A stretch of 64,000 nt of DNA from Candidatus Eiseniibacteriota bacterium (GTDB taxonomy: Bacteria > Eisenbacteria > RBG-16-71-46 > JABDJR01), in assembly GCA_963783375.1 (NCBI GenBank), contig CAWANH010000029.1:864001-928000 (forward strand). The letters are read 5' to 3'. The notes under the pieces were generated by a model, which saw nothing but the letters and a program-made list of their open reading frames with translations, had not been told where the DNA came from and ran no database searches. Of this stretch, positions 12,127 to 21,063 are shown piece by piece. Each line of letters opens with the position of its first letter. Position 1 is the first letter of the stretch. The translations under genes were made by a program, and so were the position numbers.

Positions 12127-13053
12127 TCAGTACCCCAGCTCGCGGATGCTCGAGAGCACCTCGGCCGCCGACTTCCGGAGGGCGTCACCCTCGGCGTCGG
12201 TGAGCGGGAGCTCCAGGATCCTCTCCACCCCGCCCGCGCCCAGGATCACCGGCACGCCGACGTAGGTGCCCTCCACCCCGTACTGCCCGGTGCAATAGGC
12301 GGCGGCGGGCAGTAGGCGCTTGTTGTCGAGCAGGATGGCCTCGACCATCTGGGCCGCGCTGGCCCCGGGGGCGTAGAAGGCGCTTCCCGTCTTGAGCAAC
12401 GCCACGATCTCGCCCCCCCCCTTCCGGGTGCGCTCGACCAGGCGGTCGATGGTGGCCTGGTCCATGAGGTCCATGATGGTGACCCCGCTCACCGTGGAGT
12501 AGCGCGGGAGCGGTACCATGGAGTCGCCGTGCCCGCCCATCACCATGGCCTGCACGTCGACCGGAGCCACGTTCAGCTCGGCGGCGATGAAGGCGCGGAA
12601 GCGCGCGGAATCCAGCACCCCGGCCATCCCCATCACCCGGTTGGGCGGGAAGCCGGTGGTCTTCATCATGTGGTAGGTCATGATGTCGAGCGGGTTGGAG
12701 ACCACCACCACGAAGGCGTCGGGGGCGTTCTTCTTGATCTCGGCCCCGATGCTCCCCACGATCTCCGCGTTCTTGGTGAGGAGGTCGGTCCGGCTCATGC
12801 CGGGTTTCCGGGGGAAGCCCGCGGTCACCAGGACCACATCCGAACCCTTCAGGTCCTTGAAGTCGTTGCTGCCGGAGACCTTGGAGTTGTAGCCCCGCAC
12901 CGGGCCGGCCTCGAGCAGATCGAGCCCCTTCCCCTGGGGCACGCCGTCGACGATATCCACCAGAAGGACGTCGCAGAGCCCGCGATCGGCCAGGTACAGC
13001 CCCGCCGAGGCCCCCACGTTTCCGCCACCGCCGATCACGCTCACCTTCTTCAT
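12127..13053 (-). CDS. mdh: Malate dehydrogenase (LDH-like)
   Basis: PRKPGMSR, VSNPLD, GVLDSARF, GGHGD, GSAFYAP. Confidence 0.96.
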   Translation of the reverse strand: MKKVSVIGGGGNVGASAGLYLADRGLCDVLLVDIVDGVPQGKGLDLLEAGPVRGYNSKVSGSNDFKDLKGSDVVLVTAGFPRKPGMSRTDLLTKNAEIVGSIGAEIKKNAPDAFVVVVSNPLDIMTYHMMKTTGFPPNRVMGMAGVLDSARFRAFIAAELNVAPVDVQAMVMGGHGDSMVPLPRYSTVSGVTIMDLMDQATIDRLVERTRKGGGEIVALLKTGSAFYAPGASAAQMVEAILLDNKRLLPAAAYCTGQYGVEGTYVGVPVILGAGGVERILELPLTDAEGDALRKSAAEVLSSIRELGY

Positions 13054-13159
13054 GATTCCTCCCCTCCCTTTCGAGGCTGGATGGTTGTCGTTCCCGCCGT
13101 TGAACCGGCGGGGACGTTCAAACTGTGCTCACCGATCTGACCCGTGTCTTCCGCCCCCA

Positions 13160-13206
13160 AACGAAAAGACCATGGCCCGCGGCGTCGGCCGGGCGGGGCA
13201 TGGTCT
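13160..13206 (-). terminator. Intrinsic terminator of rplU-rpmA
   Basis: Stem AGACCATG...CATGGTCT followed by TTTCGTTT on the minus strand. Confidence 0.6.
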
Positions 13207-13261
13207 CATTCGACGTTTCGGACGGCGTGCGGCGACTCCCGCCGGGGAGGTCGCCGGTGGC

Positions 13262-13519
13262 TTACTCGGAGGCCTCTATCGAGACTTCCTTCCGATCCTT
13301 GCCCTTGCGCGCAAATGTCACCCGCCCGTCCACCAGGGCGAACAGCGTGTCGTCCTTGCCCCGCCCCACATTGACCCCGGGAAGGATCCGGGTGCCGCGC
13401 TGGCGCACGATGATGCTGCCCGCGGTGACCCGCTCTCCGCCGAAGGCCTTCACGCCGAGCCGTTGACTGTTGGAATCCCGGCCGTTCCGGCTCGATCCTA
13501 CACCTTTTTTGTGTGCCAT
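13262..13519 (-). CDS. rpmA: 50S ribosomal protein L27
   Basis: [24 protein letters not shown]. Confidence 0.99.
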   Translation of the reverse strand: MAHKKGVGSSRNGRDSNSQRLGVKAFGGERVTAGSIIVRQRGTRILPGVNVGRGKDDTLFALVDGRVTFARKGKDRKEVSIEASE

Positions 13520-13559
13520 GAGTCAGCTCCTGAACGCTTCAAAGGGTTCTGTCGGGCGG

Positions 13560-13871
13560 TCAGCCCTCGATGCCGTCGATACGAATCTCGGTGTAGTCCT
13601 GGCGATGCCCCCACCGGCGGCGATACTTCCGGCGGCGCTTGAACTTGCCCGCCACGAGCTTGGGGGTGCGGGCATGCTCCACGACCTGGGCGGAGACCGA
13701 GGCCCCCTCCACCGTCGGGGTACCCACCTTGACCGAGGTCCCGTCCTGGACCAGGAGGACCTCGTCGAGGGTCAGGGTGGCCCCTTCCTCGGCCTCGAGG
13801 AGGGGAACCCGGAGCACCTGGTCCTTTTCCACCCGGTACTGGAAACCGGCGACCTTGATGACTGCGAACAT
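13560..13871 (-). CDS. rplU: 50S ribosomal protein L21
   Basis: MFAVIKVAGFQYRV, GHRQDYT; GAGGAGG RBS; upstream of rpmA. Confidence 0.98.
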   Translation of the reverse strand: MFAVIKVAGFQYRVEKDQVLRVPLLEAEEGATLTLDEVLLVQDGTSVKVGTPTVEGASVSAQVVEHARTPKLVAGKFKRRRKYRRRWGHRQDYTEIRIDGIEG

Positions 13872-13947
13872 GAAACAAGCCTCCTCAAACCCGGGTCGAC
13901 CCGGGCCGATGGGCGAGACGCCCTGGGGTAAGGACAAAGCGGGGGGG

Positions 13948-13976
13948 ATGATACCAGCCCCCCCGGGCCGGGTCAA
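13948..13976 (-). promoter_or_regulatory. sigma70 promoter TTGACC-17-TATCAT for rplU-rpmA
   Basis: Near-consensus boxes, extended TG, GC-rich discriminator. Confidence 0.75.
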
Positions 13977-14088
13977 CGATTTGGTCCGGACCGGTTCCGG
14001 CCGGGCTCCGGATCCCCGGTCCCGGTCGTAACCGACCGCCCGGCACCAGGGTCCGGCCCCCCGCCGGAACCCCACCCACGCCTCCGGC

Positions 14089-15675
14089 TCAGGGCCGGAA
14101 GCGCTCGGTCACGTCCTCGTTGGTCCGGGGGAAGATGACCTTGACCTCCCCCCGCTTCAGCCGGGGGTCGTCCCGGACGTCGATCTGGAACTTGAACTTC
14201 TGCTCCAGCCGGGCCAGCCGGTCCGCGCTTTCCGCGAACAGGTGCTGGGCCATCTCCGGCGATACCCGAAGCTCGATCATCTTCTCCTGGGTGTTGACCC
14301 CGATCCGGTTCAGCAGGCGCTCGACCTTGAGCGCCACCGACTCCAGGCTCAGGACCTTGCCCAGCCCGGCGCAGCAGATGCAGTCGTTGGAGTAGTAGTG
14401 GAGAAGGCTCGGGCGTTCCCGCTGACGGGTCATCTCCACCAGCCCCAGATCCGACACCGCGAAGGTCTTGGTGCGGCTCCGGTCCCGCTTGAGGTTCTTC
14501 CGGAGCTCCTCCAGGACCGCCTTCTTGTTGGCCTCGGACTCCATGTCGATGAAGTCGAGGACGATGATCCCGCCGATGTCCCGGAGACGGAGCTGGCGGC
14601 CGATCTCCCGCGCCGCCTCGATGTTGGTCTTGAGGATGGTCTCTTCCTGGTTCTTCTTCCCCACGAACCGGCCGGTGTTGACGTCGATGGCCACCAGGGC
14701 CTCGGCCTGATCGATCACGATGTAGCCGCCCCGCTTGAGCCACACCTTCCGCTCGAAGAGCTTGTCGATCTCGGATTCGATGCGGAAGGCGTCGAAGATC
14801 GGGAGCTTCCCCCGGTACTGACGGACCCGGCTCACCAGGTCCGGAGAGACCGACTGGAGGTAGTCCCGCACCTCCTGGTAGACATCCGGCGAGTCCACCG
14901 CCACGTCGTCCACGTCCTCGGTGAGGATGTCGCGAATGAGCCCGGTGGCCAGGGAGAGTTCGCGGTGAATGAGGGCGGGAGACGGCGCCGCCGCGCACCG
15001 CCGCTCGATCTTCTTCCACTGCTTGACCAGGTACCCCACGTCCTCCCGGAACTCCTCCCGGGAGCGCCCCTCCCCCGCCGTCCGCACGATGAGGCCCGCG
15101 TTCTTGGGGCGGATGTCCTTCAGGATCTTCTTCAGGCGGTACCGCTCGTCCCGGCTGGGGATCTTGCGGGAAACCCCGATGTGGTCGGCGCCGGGCATGA
15201 ACACCACGTAGCGGCCGGGGAGGCTCACCTGCTGGCTCACCCGGGGGCCCTTGGTGGAGATGGGCTCCTTGGTGACCTGGACCACGACCTCCTGGGATTT
15301 CTGGAGATGGTCCTCGATCTTGGGGGCGCTTTCGCGCCGGGGCTTTCGACGGGGGGATCGTCCCCCGCGGCCGCCGCGGGCCGGCGCTCCTCCTCCGCTC
15401 TCCGGCTCGTCGTCGTCGTCGAGGAGATCCACGTCGCCCCCCACCAGGGAGGCGGCGAGGTCGGAGGCGTGGAGAAACGCGGTCTTGGCCAGGCCGATCT
15501 CCACGAAGGCGGCCTGCATGCCGGGAAGGACGGCGTTCACCTTCCCCTTGTAGATGTCCCCCACGATGCGGCGGTCATCGGGCCGCTCCACCAGGAGCTC
15601 CACGAGCTGCTTGTCTTCCAGGATCGCCACCCGGGTTTCCTTCGGGTCGGCGTTGATAATGATCGACTTCTGCAT
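14089..15675 (-). CDS. rng: Ribonuclease E/G family (RNase G length)
   Basis: GDIYKGKV, PGMQAAFV, AIDVNTG, RQLRLRDIGGIIVLDFIDM. Confidence 0.93.
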   Translation of the reverse strand: MQKSIIINADPKETRVAILEDKQLVELLVERPDDRRIVGDIYKGKVNAVLPGMQAAFVEIGLAKTAFLHASDLAASLVGGDVDLLDDDDEPESGGGAPARGGRGGRSPRRKPRRESAPKIEDHLQKSQEVVVQVTKEPISTKGPRVSQQVSLPGRYVVFMPGADHIGVSRKIPSRDERYRLKKILKDIRPKNAGLIVRTAGEGRSREEFREDVGYLVKQWKKIERRCAAAPSPALIHRELSLATGLIRDILTEDVDDVAVDSPDVYQEVRDYLQSVSPDLVSRVRQYRGKLPIFDAFRIESEIDKLFERKVWLKRGGYIVIDQAEALVAIDVNTGRFVGKKNQEETILKTNIEAAREIGRQLRLRDIGGIIVLDFIDMESEANKKAVLEELRKNLKRDRSRTKTFAVSDLGLVEMTRQRERPSLLHYYSNDCICCAGLGKVLSLESVALKVERLLNRIGVNTQEKMIELRVSPEMAQHLFAESADRLARLEQKFKFQIDVRDDPRLKRGEVKVIFPRTNEDVTERFRP

Positions 15676-15682
15676 CGAATCC

Positions 15683-18289
15683 TCATGAGACCGCGCCCCC
15701 CTTTCGGGCCGTTTGCTGCCACCACGCGAAACCGGACGCAACGACGGCGAGCGGGTCGAGAACCTGGTTCCGACCGGGAATCATGAGACCGCTCCGGTGA
15801 ACCCGCAGCAGCCGCTCGTCGAAGTCCGCCCAATTGCAGAGGACGGTGGTGAGAAGTTCGGGGCGCACGCTGTCGGGGCGGTTCAGGGCGAGGGTCAGAC
15901 CCAACCGGGGGCCCCCTTCCTCTCCGCGCTCGACCACGGCCCGAATCAGGGACGGTCTGGCATTGAATGTCCGTGAATCCTCGCCCCGCACCTTGGTCAC
16001 CTCGATGACCTTCGCGGCCAGTGCCCGGTCCACGCTCTCGCGCAGCCGGGTCTCCAGCTCCCCGGGGGACATGCCCCCGAATTGGTCCCGGACCAGGGTG
16101 GCGGGGAACGAAACTTCGTAAACTGCTATCTGGATCGCGCTGTTCAGCGAATCCGGCTCGGTGCGAATGGGGGCCTGTGCCGTCACCTGGAGCCCGGCGG
16201 GAAGCGCCTGATTGAAAAGGGTGACAAAGGACTCCGGCACATCCCGGGCGAAGGCGACGTCGAAGTATTCCGCGTCGCTGGTCATGCCGAGGGGTAGGGG
16301 GGGACCGAAGGAGAGCTTCGGCCTCCGTCCCTTGCCCTGGGACACGGCCAGCGGAAGCTGGGTCCGCCTAAACGCACGCTCAAGAGAGCGGGTCACATCC
16401 AGATGGGCGGTGAACCGCGCGGGTTCGCCTTTGGAGAAGCGCAGGCGGTATCTCTCCGCCTGACGGGCTTCCCGCCCTCTGCCCGCCCGCCGGGGACGCC
16501 GGCCCGCCGTCCAGGCGGGCGCGTCGAACCCCGGGGTGGACGCGCCGGCGCCGGTGGACCCGGCCCGGGCGTCCGTCCGCTTCGAGGATTCCCCTCCCCC
16601 GTTACCGAGGGGCGGGGACTCGAGCACGACGTGAGACCAGGGAGTAGGTTGGAGGTCGTCGGGAGGAAAGCCGGCGACCCCGAGGGCGGTCATCGCCTCT
16701 TCCCACCGCGACGCCGAGAACGCGTCGGGATCGGACTGGCGGCGCGCCCCCTGGCGCGACACCTGATCCAACACCGCGGCCGCCCGTTCGTCGCTCCGGA
16801 GGAGCAACGCCTCCACCCGGGCCGCCCGGGGGGAGCGAACGGAGACCTTGACCTTCCGCCGCGCCAGGCGGCGGCGCCATCCTTCGACGACGGCCAGGCA
16901 TGCGTCCTCGTCGGTGGAAGCCTCCAACTCCCACCGGGTGTGCGGGCGGGGAACGAAGGGAACGACCTCCACGCTCAGCCGCGGGGCGCCGCCCTGCGGC
17001 GTCCGAATGGACTGAATCGCTTCCATCGTCTCCAACCATTCCTCGCGATCGTCCTCGGTCTCCCCGGGAAGGCCCAGGAGGACCTGGAGTCGGATGGCCG
17101 ACCACCCGCCCCGCCACGCGGTCTGGACGGCCTCGAACAGCCGCTCCTTGGTGAGCGGCCGGCCGATCATCTCGCGGAGACGGGCGGAGGGAGCCATGGG
17201 CTCGAACGTGAACCGGGCGCGGCGCCCCTTGCGAAGCTCGCGGGCCAGGGCGGGAGCCACCCGGGTCGGGTCCACGTCTTCCAGCCGGAACTGGACGCCG
17301 TACGGTCCAAACCTCTGGTTCATCGCTTCGAGGAGCGGCACGATCTCGGGATGGCGGCTCCCCGCCGCCGAGGCCAGAACCACCGCTCCGTGCCCGCTCG
17401 CCGCCAGCGCGGCCTCGGTTTCGCGAAGCACGCGTTCCAACGAGCGCACGCGGAGCAAGGCGGGCGCCGAGGCCGGATCGTCCACCCCCCGGTGGCGGGC
17501 GATCTCCACCACCAGTCCCTCCGCTTCGGTTTCCGCGAAGGGGACGATGGGGGCATCGGAAATCGGGGGAAGGTGGGCGAGCCAGCGGGCGCGCACCGGG
17601 GCTCCGTCCCCGTTTCCGTTCCGGTGTTCGGCCGCCGAGGCCCCGGTCTTGATCTCCGGGACCAGGATCCCGTCCCGGCCCTCGAAGAGCGCCCGGAGTT
17701 CGCTCCGGGTGCGATCGCCGCGGCGGCGGAGTTCCCGCCCCACCTCGAGCAGATCCGCGGCGAAGGCCTCGGGATCCCCGACCAGGAAGGCATCCACCCA
17801 GGGCGCGGCGGGCCGGGGGGTGAGCGAGAGTTCCCCCGCCATCACCACGAGGGGATCCCCGGCGGACCGGAGAGCCGAACGGAGCTCCACCCCCGCCAGA
17901 TCCAGCATGGCCGCCAGGTCGGGAAGGTCCAGCACGCCGTCGGGAAGGGCGATCAGAAGATCGTAGTCCGCCAGCGGGCGCCGGGCTCCCAATCCGAAGA
18001 GCGGCACCCCCTGGCGCCGGAGCTCCGCTTCGAAGTCCGGGGCGGGGGCGAACGCGAGGTCCACCAGCACCTGGTCGGGCTCTCCCGCACCCCGCAGCGC
18101 ATCGAGCAAACCGGGCACGCGCGCCCGGCCCAGGCCGGACTCGAGGGGACCGGGATAGACCAGACAGACCCGCACGCCGGCTCGATCGAAGTCGGGAAGG
18201 CGGCCGTGGGCGAAAGGGTTTTGGTACCGGTTCGGCTTGGAGACCAGGGGGAGGACACATTCCTCCAACCGGTCCGTTACGAGTTCCAT
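15683..18289 (-). CDS. TIGR03960-like radical SAM-fold protein fused to DUF2344 (TIGR03936), lacking the CxxxCxxC motif
   Basis: SKPNRY, GLPGETEDD, FVPRPHT; C-terminal FSKGEPARFTAHLD...KLSFGPPLPLG; usual position upstream of rng. Confidence 0.82.
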   Translation of the reverse strand: MELVTDRLEECVLPLVSKPNRYQNPFAHGRLPDFDRAGVRVCLVYPGPLESGLGRARVPGLLDALRGAGEPDQVLVDLAFAPAPDFEAELRRQGVPLFGLGARRPLADYDLLIALPDGVLDLPDLAAMLDLAGVELRSALRSAGDPLVVMAGELSLTPRPAAPWVDAFLVGDPEAFAADLLEVGRELRRRGDRTRSELRALFEGRDGILVPEIKTGASAAEHRNGNGDGAPVRARWLAHLPPISDAPIVPFAETEAEGLVVEIARHRGVDDPASAPALLRVRSLERVLRETEAALAASGHGAVVLASAAGSRHPEIVPLLEAMNQRFGPYGVQFRLEDVDPTRVAPALARELRKGRRARFTFEPMAPSARLREMIGRPLTKERLFEAVQTAWRGGWSAIRLQVLLGLPGETEDDREEWLETMEAIQSIRTPQGGAPRLSVEVVPFVPRPHTRWELEASTDEDACLAVVEGWRRRLARRKVKVSVRSPRAARVEALLLRSDERAAAVLDQVSRQGARRQSDPDAFSASRWEEAMTALGVAGFPPDDLQPTPWSHVVLESPPLGNGGGESSKRTDARAGSTGAGASTPGFDAPAWTAGRRPRRAGRGREARQAERYRLRFSKGEPARFTAHLDVTRSLERAFRRTQLPLAVSQGKGRRPKLSFGPPLPLGMTSDAEYFDVAFARDVPESFVTLFNQALPAGLQVTAQAPIRTEPDSLNSAIQIAVYEVSFPATLVRDQFGGMSPGELETRLRESVDRALAAKVIEVTKVRGEDSRTFNARPSLIRAVVERGEEGGPRLGLTLALNRPDSVRPELLTTVLCNWADFDERLLRVHRSGLMIPGRNQVLDPLAVVASGFAWWQQTARKGGAVS

Positions 18290-18410
18290 ATGTCTTTATG
18301 ATCCAACAGGATAAGGCCGTTCGAGACCCGGGGTGCACACGGCCGCTGGTCCCGTGACGGGACCCTGCCGACGGGAACCCTCGAAGAGGGCCGATTTGCC
18401 GCAGTCGTGC

Positions 18411-18440
18411 AAACTATCATGAGGGTTGTAATTCCCTCAA
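18411..18440 (-). promoter_or_regulatory. sigma70-type promoter TTGAGG-18-TAGTTT overlapped by palindrome TGAGGG-N8-CCCTCA
   Basis: Extended TG; dyad at 18420-18439. Confidence 0.45.
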
Positions 18441-18581
18441 CGGCTTTCCCGCCGGGAACCCGTGGAAACACGGGACGCGGTCCGAACGGGGTTCGCGACC
18501 GGCCCGCCGGGGGGGGCGATCTTCCCACGAACGGACGCGGATGTCACCACGGGATATGAAGTTGGAGAATTTTCTCCCGCC

Positions 18582-19328
18582 TCAGGCCAGGGCCAGGGCC
18601 ACCGGAACCACCCGCGTCGCCCCCGCCGCCTCCAGGGCCCGGGCCGCGGCAAGCAGGGTGGAGCCGGTAGTGGCCACGTCGTCCACCAGGACCCAGCTTC
18701 GCCCGGTGATCCAGGCCCCTTCCCGACTCGCGAAGGCGCCGGCCACGTTCCCCGCACGGCTCGATTCGGGGAGGCGGGCCTGGGCCCGGGTGGCCCGGGC
18801 GCGGCGGAGCGCTTCCGGGACCGGCGGGCACGCCCATCGAGGCGCCGCCGCCCCGGCCAGGAGCCCGGCCTGGTTGTACCCCCGGGCCCGAAGCCGGGTG
18901 CGATGAAGCGGCACCGCGGTGAGGCAGGCCCCGGCGAGGCCCGGGTCCACCCGACCGGCCAGGATCCGTCCCAGGGGCCGGGCGAGATCCCGCCGGCCGT
19001 GATACTTGAGGCCGTGCACCAGGGCGTCGAGGGGCGGCTCCATCCAGTAGGCGGCCCGGCCCCGCAGGCGGTCGTGCCCGGGACGCCGGCACGCGTACCC
19101 GGCCTCCCGGTCTCCCCCGGGACGCTCCTCGCTCCGGCAGGCGAAGCAGATCCAGCCCGGCGGCGCGGGCCGGAGGGCGCGCCGGCACCGCCCGCAGATC
19201 CAGCGCCGCGGGCCGATCTCCTCGCCGCAGCCCGGACAGAGGGGGGGAAGCAGGGTGTCGAGGAGGAGGCGCGCGGCGGCGCGGGCGGAACCGGGAAGGC
19301 GGCGTCCGGCTCGTTGCAGTGGATTCAC
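18582..19328 (-). CDS. comF: ComF family protein (double zinc ribbon plus PRTase domain)
   Basis: CPGC, CGRC, VPLH, RGYNQA, LVDDVATTGST. Confidence 0.9.
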   Translation of the reverse strand: MNPLQRAGRRLPGSARAAARLLLDTLLPPLCPGCGEEIGPRRWICGRCRRALRPAPPGWICFACRSEERPGGDREAGYACRRPGHDRLRGRAAYWMEPPLDALVHGLKYHGRRDLARPLGRILAGRVDPGLAGACLTAVPLHRTRLRARGYNQAGLLAGAAAPRWACPPVPEALRRARATRAQARLPESSRAGNVAGAFASREGAWITGRSWVLVDDVATTGSTLLAAARALEAAGATRVVPVALALA

Positions 19329-19440
19329 GATGACCGCTCGATCCGGCGGGGTATTCGGCGGGGTGTTCAGTGTAGCGCACCCCGGCGGGGGCGGCGGGGT
19401 GTCCCCATGCGAGCCCCATCTGCTCCCTCTCCGGCCGCGA

Positions 19441-21060
19441 TCATTCCTTCCGGAGGAACACCACCACGTGGAAGTTCCGTTCCCTCCCCGCCACAAGCTC
19501 CATCAGCCGCTCGTAGTGCGGGTCGTTCCGGAGCAGGGTGTCGGGCACGTCTCCCCAGAGCCGCGGCCCGTAGTGGTTCTCCCACAGCACCACGCTCCCC
19601 GGCCGGGCCCCGGCCAGATTCGCCCGGGTGAGCTTCGGGGTCCGGGTGGCATCGTAGCGGTCGCGACCGGAGAAGAAGGCGAACCAGGGATGGTTGGTGT
19701 AGACCACGGCGTTCCCCAGGCCGAGCCGGTCGATCTGCTCGGTGGCCGCCTTCACCGCCGCGCGCTCGGGATCGAGGCCGATGGGGCGGACGGTGAGAAG
19801 CGCCAGCGCCGCCGCTCCCACCCCCGCGGCTATTGCCACCCGGCGCGGGGGAACGAGCCGCGGCCGGAACAGCACGAGCACCCCGCCCGCGGCGAGGAGC
19901 GCGGTCACCACCCAGCGCCATTCCACCCGTCCCGGCCCGATGAAGGACTCCCCCACCAGGACGTGCGAGCCGAAGAGCGCCACCACCGCGGTCCAGGCCA
20001 GCGCGAAACCGATTCGTAGTCCCAGGGGGCGCGGCCGAAGCCCGGACCAGTCCCCGGCCCCACGGGCGGCCACCAGCGCCACCGCCGGGGCTACCACCGC
20101 GATGTGACGGAGAAACCCGACGCTCCGCCCGAAGGGAAGCTTGTCCCAGGCCAGGAGGCTCAGGAGAACCACGTCCACCACCACCAGGACCACGGCCAGG
20201 ACCGGAAGGCGCGCCGGAGCCTCGGACGAGGCGGGCGCCCGGTTCCCGGAGCGAAGCGCCGCCGCCAGGGCCCACAGGAAGAAGAAGAGGACCACCGCCC
20301 CGATCACCACCACCCCGTTCCGAACGTACTGGAGCGGCCCCAGGCTCACCAGCGGACGCTCGTTCCCCGCCCCCAGCACATAGAGCGGCGACCCGTGGAG
20401 CGCCCAGCCCGCCACCGCCCAGACGGCGCCCGGGAAGAAGGCCCCCAGCCGCGCCTTCCATCCCACCCGGGGCCACGCCGCGGCCAGGACCACCAGGGTG
20501 AGCACGCCGGCCTCGATCCGGGCCAGGGGAAGGAGCCCGGCCAGAAGCACCGCCCGGTCGCGCCGCCCCGCGTACCACGCCCAGAGAAGGGCCGCCATCA
20601 CCAGCGCGGCCATCGGCTCCGCCAATCCCCCGTAGGAGGTTTCGAGGACCAGCGGCTGGAAGAAGAAGAACGGCACCGCGAGCCAGGGGAAGGCCACCCC
20701 CGCCGCCTCGGCGGCCAGGCCGGCCAGGGCCGCCGCCCCCGCCACCGCCACCGCGGTGGTCGCCTCCACCCCCGCATAGCCGAAGAGGCGGGCGGGAAGC
20801 GCGAACAGCGCCAGGGGGACCGGCATCCCCCAGTCGTCGGCGAGGAGCGAGGGGTCCTTCCAGACCTGGCGGGCCATGTAGTAGCGATCGATGTCGTCGT
20901 CCTGGTAGGTGCCGGGGGAACGGGCGGCGTAGACCAGGGCCACGGCCAGGCAGAGAAGGGCGAGGGCGAGGATCGCGCGCCGGGACCGCCCGGAGCCGGC
21001 CTTCCGGCGCGTTCCGCTCCCGGACCGCGGCGCGCGCCGCCCGAGGCCCCGGTTCCCCAT
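19441..21060 (-). CDS. Polytopic membrane protein, GT-C-like glycosyltransferase
   Basis: N-terminal TM followed by YQDDDIDRY acidic motif, many TM segments, soluble C-terminal domain. Confidence 0.6.
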   Translation of the reverse strand: MGNRGLGRRAPRSGSGTRRKAGSGRSRRAILALALLCLAVALVYAARSPGTYQDDDIDRYYMARQVWKDPSLLADDWGMPVPLALFALPARLFGYAGVEATTAVAVAGAAALAGLAAEAAGVAFPWLAVPFFFFQPLVLETSYGGLAEPMAALVMAALLWAWYAGRRDRAVLLAGLLPLARIEAGVLTLVVLAAAWPRVGWKARLGAFFPGAVWAVAGWALHGSPLYVLGAGNERPLVSLGPLQYVRNGVVVIGAVVLFFFLWALAAALRSGNRAPASSEAPARLPVLAVVLVVVDVVLLSLLAWDKLPFGRSVGFLRHIAVVAPAVALVAARGAGDWSGLRPRPLGLRIGFALAWTAVVALFGSHVLVGESFIGPGRVEWRWVVTALLAAGGVLVLFRPRLVPPRRVAIAAGVGAAALALLTVRPIGLDPERAAVKAATEQIDRLGLGNAVVYTNHPWFAFFSGRDRYDATRTPKLTRANLAGARPGSVVLWENHYGPRLWGDVPDTLLRNDPHYERLMELVAGRERNFHVVVFLRKE

Positions 21061-21063
21061 CTC

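Noticed and set aside
18350-18402. c-di-GMP-I riboswitch suggested by GGCAAA on the minus strand
   Set aside because: Lacks the GAAA tetraloop and GACGCAAA junction.
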